Assembly: GCF_001194135.2 (NCBI RefSeq)
Contig: NC_068983.1
Coordinates: 161,442,956 to 161,483,967, forward strand
Length of the DNA: 41,012 nucleotides
Direction: 5' to 3'
From: Octopus bimaculoides
Lineage: Eukaryota
The position numbers and the translations under genes are program-made. The notes beneath the pieces were generated by a model. It had not been told where the DNA came from, ran no database searches, and saw only the letters and a list, made by a program, of their open reading frames with translations. Below are positions 1 through 41,012 of the stretch, piece by piece (position 1 is the first letter of the stretch; every line of letters begins with the position of its first letter).

Positions 1-563
1 CTACTGTCTGTTTTTCAGCCATTGTTATTACGATGAATAATTTTACGGTAAAGCAAGCATGTATCCTATCAGTCCTATCGGCGACGCCAATTAACTCTGT
101 TGTATTTCCCTCGAAAGACTCGCAGAGATAACACAACGAGTTGTACAATTTAATTATTACATTTATTATTCAATTACATACAAAGAACGCACTCACCCAA
201 TGTTCGTTATGAATAAACAAAAGTCATGTCCGCCATATATATATCAATGACATTTTACTACGACAGTCATACAAGACAACAACAATAAAACAATGAACTC
301 AGACGAACCACAGTGACACACAGAACGTCAGACGAATTACATATCTAAAAGTCCATATAACAATATCAGTGAAGTAGAGACAAAATCAGGTCAACTTGAT
401 CGGTCGACAGCAATTTTACAATTAGAAAAATAATAATTTTAGTAGAGGAGGGAGTTTGTGTCCATCGCTTCCTTTTCGAGACAGGTGATATCGACACTGT
501 TAACTGGACTCTTGAACATTTGCAAGTCAACAGTTGCAGAAAAAAACACAGATTTTCCGTAAC

Positions 564-617
564 CATGAACATGGAGGGAATTCCAGAAGGATCACGTTCA
601 AGGTAAGAAAGCTTTTC
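564..617 (-). CDS. Candidate next downstream exon (EKLSYLERDPSGIPSMFM)
   Basis: Acceptor tatgtttactgctccag|GAAAAG is phase 0 and follows ...NEVEA; the RDP motif echoes earlier exons. Donor ATG|gttacg is weak; the frame otherwise stays open to a stop at 366. Confidence 0.4.
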
Positions 618-705
618 CTGGAGCAGTAAACATAATATGGATAACTAGAGGAGAAGAGCAACAGTTGGCAGTGTCTGAGTGAGGTTGTACGAGACCAAGC
701 TGGCT

Positions 706-905
706 GCACGCGAGCAGAATCATTAGCACACCGGGATCAATACTTAGCGGCATTTCGTTCGCTTTCATGTTCTGTGTTCTGATTCCGCCGAGGTCTACTT
801 TGCCTTTCATCCTTTCGGGGTCGATAAAATAAGAACCAGTTGAACACTAGGCGTAGATGTAACTCCACACTCGAACTTGCTGGCCTTGTACCAAAATTTC
901 AAACG
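706..905 (+). mobile_element. tRNA-derived SINE with Nin/Deu-like domain
   Basis: ttccgccgaggtctactttgcctttcatcctttcggggtcgataaaataagaacc matches the copy at 40139-40373. Confidence 0.85.
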
Positions 906-1040
906 AATATAGTAGAAGTAGAAATGAGAAAGAGAAAGAGAGGGAGGAGACTGAAGTGTATTGATGAACGGTTTCGTTTCAATCATCGACTGATTTTTCT
1001 TTGGATGCGTTCTAAGATGTCTAAGTGTCTAGCAGGAGCA

Positions 1041-1228
1041 AGATGAACAACATTTGTGGTTTTACCATTTGGTGTTAGCATGAAGAGATTGTTGCCATTT
1101 CCAGCTCTGGAACAACCAGCATAAGGGTTATCATGGGAAAAGCACTGCTGTATGAGGTGCAATCCAACAATTTTGAGTGATTGTCCTTGAATCTTGTTAA
1201 TTGTATTATTGTAGGTAACTGTCACAAA
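1041..1228 (-). mobile_element. Helitron PIF1-type helicase C-terminal fragment (degenerate)
   Basis: TINKIQGQSLKIVGLHLIQQCFSHDNPYAGCSRAG...LFMLTPNGKTTNVV resembles the Helitron motif TINKSQGQSL..VGL.L..PCFSHGQLYVACSRVG. Confidence 0.85.
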
Positions 1229-1340
1229 GTTTTGGTATTATATTCAAGAAGTTTTGGTTATTTTTCTAGCACAGAATGTCGCGTTTATTATTATTATAGC
1301 TAAGGGTGGTAACTCCTGTAAACCGTTTGAAACCTCTCAC

Positions 1341-1515
1341 GGTCGCCTCACCTGCTAGAAATAATAGCTCAAATGCTCTCACATCAGATCCCAATGCTGG
1401 ATTTCAAGAACCGAATAAAAGTCAGATTTTCAATCCCGAGATCATCTTGATTCCAAAAAGGTATAATATGTCTATGTGGAGCAAATGTAGACTGAGATAC
1501 AGGGGTCCCGCATAG
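1341..1515 (+). repeat. Interspersed repeat fragment (probable SINE body); related pieces near 10065-10310 (+), 14575-14612 (-), 29180-29385 (+), 36213-36410 (-)
   Basis: Shared degenerate motif (gc)tagaaata.cagccaaatctccc.caaatcac in several copies. Confidence 0.5.
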
Positions 1516-1735
1516 ACAGAATTTCACTTTTATTTATATAGACGTGATATACAACCATATATTTATAGCAACAACATGGCTGAGAGTAAAGTTCTTCTAA
1601 AAGTACATCGCTAGAGGGTGTTTTTTTGTATAGTAATTGCATGGATAGTTTCAGTTAATCAGAGTTTTTCAAGCTAAGATATATTACAAATGCTGTATGC
1701 TTACAATATTCATATATTTGTAGATGGATACTTAC

Positions 1736-38235
<36,500 letters not shown>

Positions 38236-39347
38236 CTGAAAAAAATGTCTGAAATTTATTTGGGTCTATAACAAAAGACCTAACAGTAGCTTAAGTTTAT
38301 CTTGCATACAATACATAAAATTGATTATCACGTTGCTAGATTGATATCTTACTCAGAAGGCAGTCTATGCTCCTGTTCATCAATCAATTAATGGTAAAGA
38401 TCAAGCTTGATTGCTTTCACAATGAGGTTTATTTATCTACAAAATGTGATGTAGACGCGAATCACTTTTGATACGAGGGATAATAATCTGTATTTAAAAT
38501 ACTGACTCCTCGTATTCAGAAACATATTTGAGAGGACCATTCTGATACCTCACCAATCCATTTTTTGATAATAGAAGTTTTCTATATGTCGAGAAGTCAA
38601 ACTTGTGTCGTGATAAGAGAAAAACATTCTCTTGCTGCATTTTACAGTCAACAATTATCATTGTATCACAATCCAAACAGTTTTCCTCACCGTTAGTCAT
38701 ACTTCTAACTCGTCGTACTCAGTTCTTGAATCTGGGAGCTCCTCTATTTTAGGGGTCTTTATACAGTATTTGTACTGTCTTATTTTAATATTGGGGCTTA
38801 GAAGTTGTCTACGACTAGCATTAAAACTGACTGTCTTTACAGGCAATTATTGTTCTAAGGAGGTAGGGGAGGAGCTCTTCAATCTTTCTCTTGCATCCTC
38901 TCTAATCATTTTCGGTTAATATCAAATCTCCGTTGTCAAAAGACGACGGAGTGACTGCTTGGTGACGGTACGAAGACAGGTTGTTTGGTCACTGGTTTCC
39001 AAGGCTGAACGCAAGAATCTTTTCCGCCATCCCTGAAAATGCTACTCGTGGTGTACTAGAAATTAGTCTACAGATATTATTTTTCGCTACTTTTCTATCT
39101 TTTTACCTTCTCTACTTTCACAGAATAAAGTTCTTCAAATACTCTATTCTTCCACAAGTGTTGAAATTAGGTGTTTTGCTTTGCACTACAAGTCCCGTGT
39201 CTTTCGTTTCTGCACCGTTCCAGTGTGTAGAACAGTGGAAGAGCACTGTTCCAGTGTGGCCCTCTTGTTTTTAAGAATCGTTAGGGTTTATGAGTTCTTT
39301 TTGGTCCTTCCTGGCCTCATGGTACCCTCTTTCCAATCTGCACTCAC

Positions 39348-39689
39348 CATCTGCCCATGAAGCGTAACAAAAGTTACTTCAAGCCGATGATCGACATCAT
39401 AACCAATGCCTTGGGCTATCACCTTTTTATTTCTCAATCCCAAATGCTGGAGTACAAATGCATGAATAAATGTGTGCTTTACTCTTTTAGTTTGCAGCTG
39501 AGTTGTGTTTTCGGTACCAAAGTGATGTAAATATTCGTATCTCCTGCTCCACGCAAAGGAGATAATTTTCTCAAGCACATCTAACAAAGCCTCTTTCAGC
39601 TGTTTTTTGAAGGGATATGAAAAGCTTCTCCACGTTTCTAGTGACGATAGACATAGGCAATTATTTTCTTTGCTCGTCCCGAAATGTAG
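39348..39689 (-). CDS. Candidate 342-nt exon, phase 0/0 (LHFGTSKENN...VTLHGQM), unidentified domain
   Basis: catctttctctctgacag|CTA...ATG|gtgagt; 114 codons without a stop, with an in-frame stop just upstream of the acceptor. Confidence 0.45.
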
Positions 39690-39737
39690 CTGTCAGAGAG
39701 AAAGATGCCTACGTCACGGGAAAAATAACCGTTTCTG

Positions 39738-39912
39738 ATTTAGGTACAAGACCAGCAAATTTGTCGGAGAAGGTTAGTCGATACCATCGATCCCCACTTC
39801 TTGACTGGTACTTTATTTTCGATAACGAAAGGATTTGAACTCAGAGCATACAGTGCGGCAAAGTATAACGCAAGGGATTTATTCTGACGCCCTAACGATT
39901 CTACCAGATCAC
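39738..39912 (-). mobile_element. Internally deleted Nin/Deu SINE
   Basis: ttagtcgataccatcgatcccc...gactggtactttattttcga...atttgaactcagagc. Confidence 0.75.
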
Positions 39913-40138
39913 CACAGACACGCATAAGGGCTAGCAGTACAAATAATAAAGGATCACGTCGTGTGAGGTTTAAAGCGAAATGTGTATTTCGAATTTGATA
40001 CATAGAAAGCAAGAAACAATATGCTATCATTGCCGGCAATAAATAACTGGTAGCCGAAGAAAATGATGATTTTCTAAATAAAGTTTTGCAATTAAAGCAC
40101 AGATGCAGTAATAGATTCGATAGGAATGCTTCTCTCTA

Positions 40139-40373
40139 AGGCGGCGAACCGGCAGAAACGCTAGCACACCGGGCGAAATGCTTAGCGGTATTTCGTCTGC
40201 CGCTACATTCTGAGTTCAAATTCCGCCGAGGTCGACTTTGCCTTTCATCCTTTCGGGGTCGATTAAATAAATACCAGTTACTCAGTGGGGTCGATATAAT
40301 CGACTTAATACGTTTGTCTGTCCTTGTTTGTTCCCTCTTCGTTTAGCCCCTTGTGGGCAATAAAGAAATAAGA
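40139..40373 (+). mobile_element. Best-preserved Nin/Deu-domain tRNA SINE in the window
   Basis: ggcggcgaaccggcagaaacgctagc head, B-box GAGTTCAAATTCC, cgaggtcgactttgcctttcatcctttcggggtcga; AATGCTTCT at 40125-40133 and 40374-40382 is a possible TSD. Confidence 0.9.
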
Positions 40374-40748
40374 AATGCTTCTAACTTTTACAAGCTACTT
40401 TACAGCCATGCTCTACTATAAAATTCAAAGCTACAAAAATATTTTCCATAATTTAAAGAGAAAATAACCTTTCATCTACTGGGTATTTTGTCACTAAATT
40501 TCGATCTCAAACAGTAGCAAACTTAAGAAAGCTCAATCTCAAACCTAACAGAAAAGAATCCAGAAATCAAAATAGATTGTTTAAAAGACTAGTTAGCAAA
40601 AACGCATATAACAAAACAAACAAACAAACAAGAAATTGATGAAAAATTCCTGAGTGTAAAACAACAAAGGTGTATTCGACCCATGCAAAACAAAATGAAT
40701 CCCAAAGCGCAATCACATCAGACCCAAGAAGACATGCAGAATACTTAC

Positions 40749-40757
40749 CTTCGGAAA
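40749..40757 (-). CDS. Candidate 9-nt microexon, phase 0/0 (FPK)
   Basis: ttttttacttgtgttactctgcttcag|TTTCCGAAG|gtaagtat; both splice sites near consensus. Confidence 0.6.
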
Positions 40758-40956
40758 CTGAAGCAGAGTAACACAAGTAAAAAATATTTATATAAACGAA
40801 TATAAATATATATAACGGGTAAAAATACGTCAATAATGGCATAATAGATACAAACAATTAATGCTTAGACCAGAACAGATACCGAAAATCCGACATCGAA
40901 TGAAAGGAGAGGGAATCTAAACGAACAATAGTTGGGTATAAGTAATTTACTGCTTA

Positions 40957-40979
40957 TATATATATATATATATATATAT

Positions 40980-41012
<33 letters not shown>
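40957..41012. repeat. (TA)n microsatellite at window end
   Basis: Direct reading. Confidence 0.95.

Noticed and set aside
570-610. Plus-strand first exon (ATG...TCAAG|gtaaga) and other plus-strand splice-like sites (about 23750, 39123)
   Set aside because: No phase-compatible chain of plus-strand exons could be built

Overview
AT-rich eukaryotic genomic DNA with eight N gaps and dense microsatellites. The SINE/LINE complement suggests an Octopus-like coleoid cephalopod (inference). The window is almost entirely the interior of one minus-strand, multi-exon protein-coding gene that the ORF track misses. I hand-assembled it from ten frame-compatible core exons between 38235 and 1736, plus an optional 15-nt microexon (about 289 aa). 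It has an N/S/T-rich linker, two coiled-coil segments, a VGKPRRDP motif and a WGRPGGGAP motif reminiscent of CSPP1/CCDC66-type ciliary/centrosomal proteins. Additional candidates are a second microexon (9 nt), a 342-nt frame-preserving block, an alternative terminal exon and a downstream exon. The introns hold degenerate mobile DNA: about 13 Nin/Deu-domain tRNA-SINEs, other tRNA-SINEs (some with clear target-site duplications), R4/Dong, Hero, RTE, CR1-like and Penelope-like retroelement pieces, Helitron pieces, a Helentron-type element enclosing a Gypsy integrase fragment, and a Tc1/mariner MITE. There is also a tRNA-Lys 5' half fused to a retroposon-like repeat. No rRNA, intact tRNA or CRISPR array was found. 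All family assignments come from remembered motifs, not searches.
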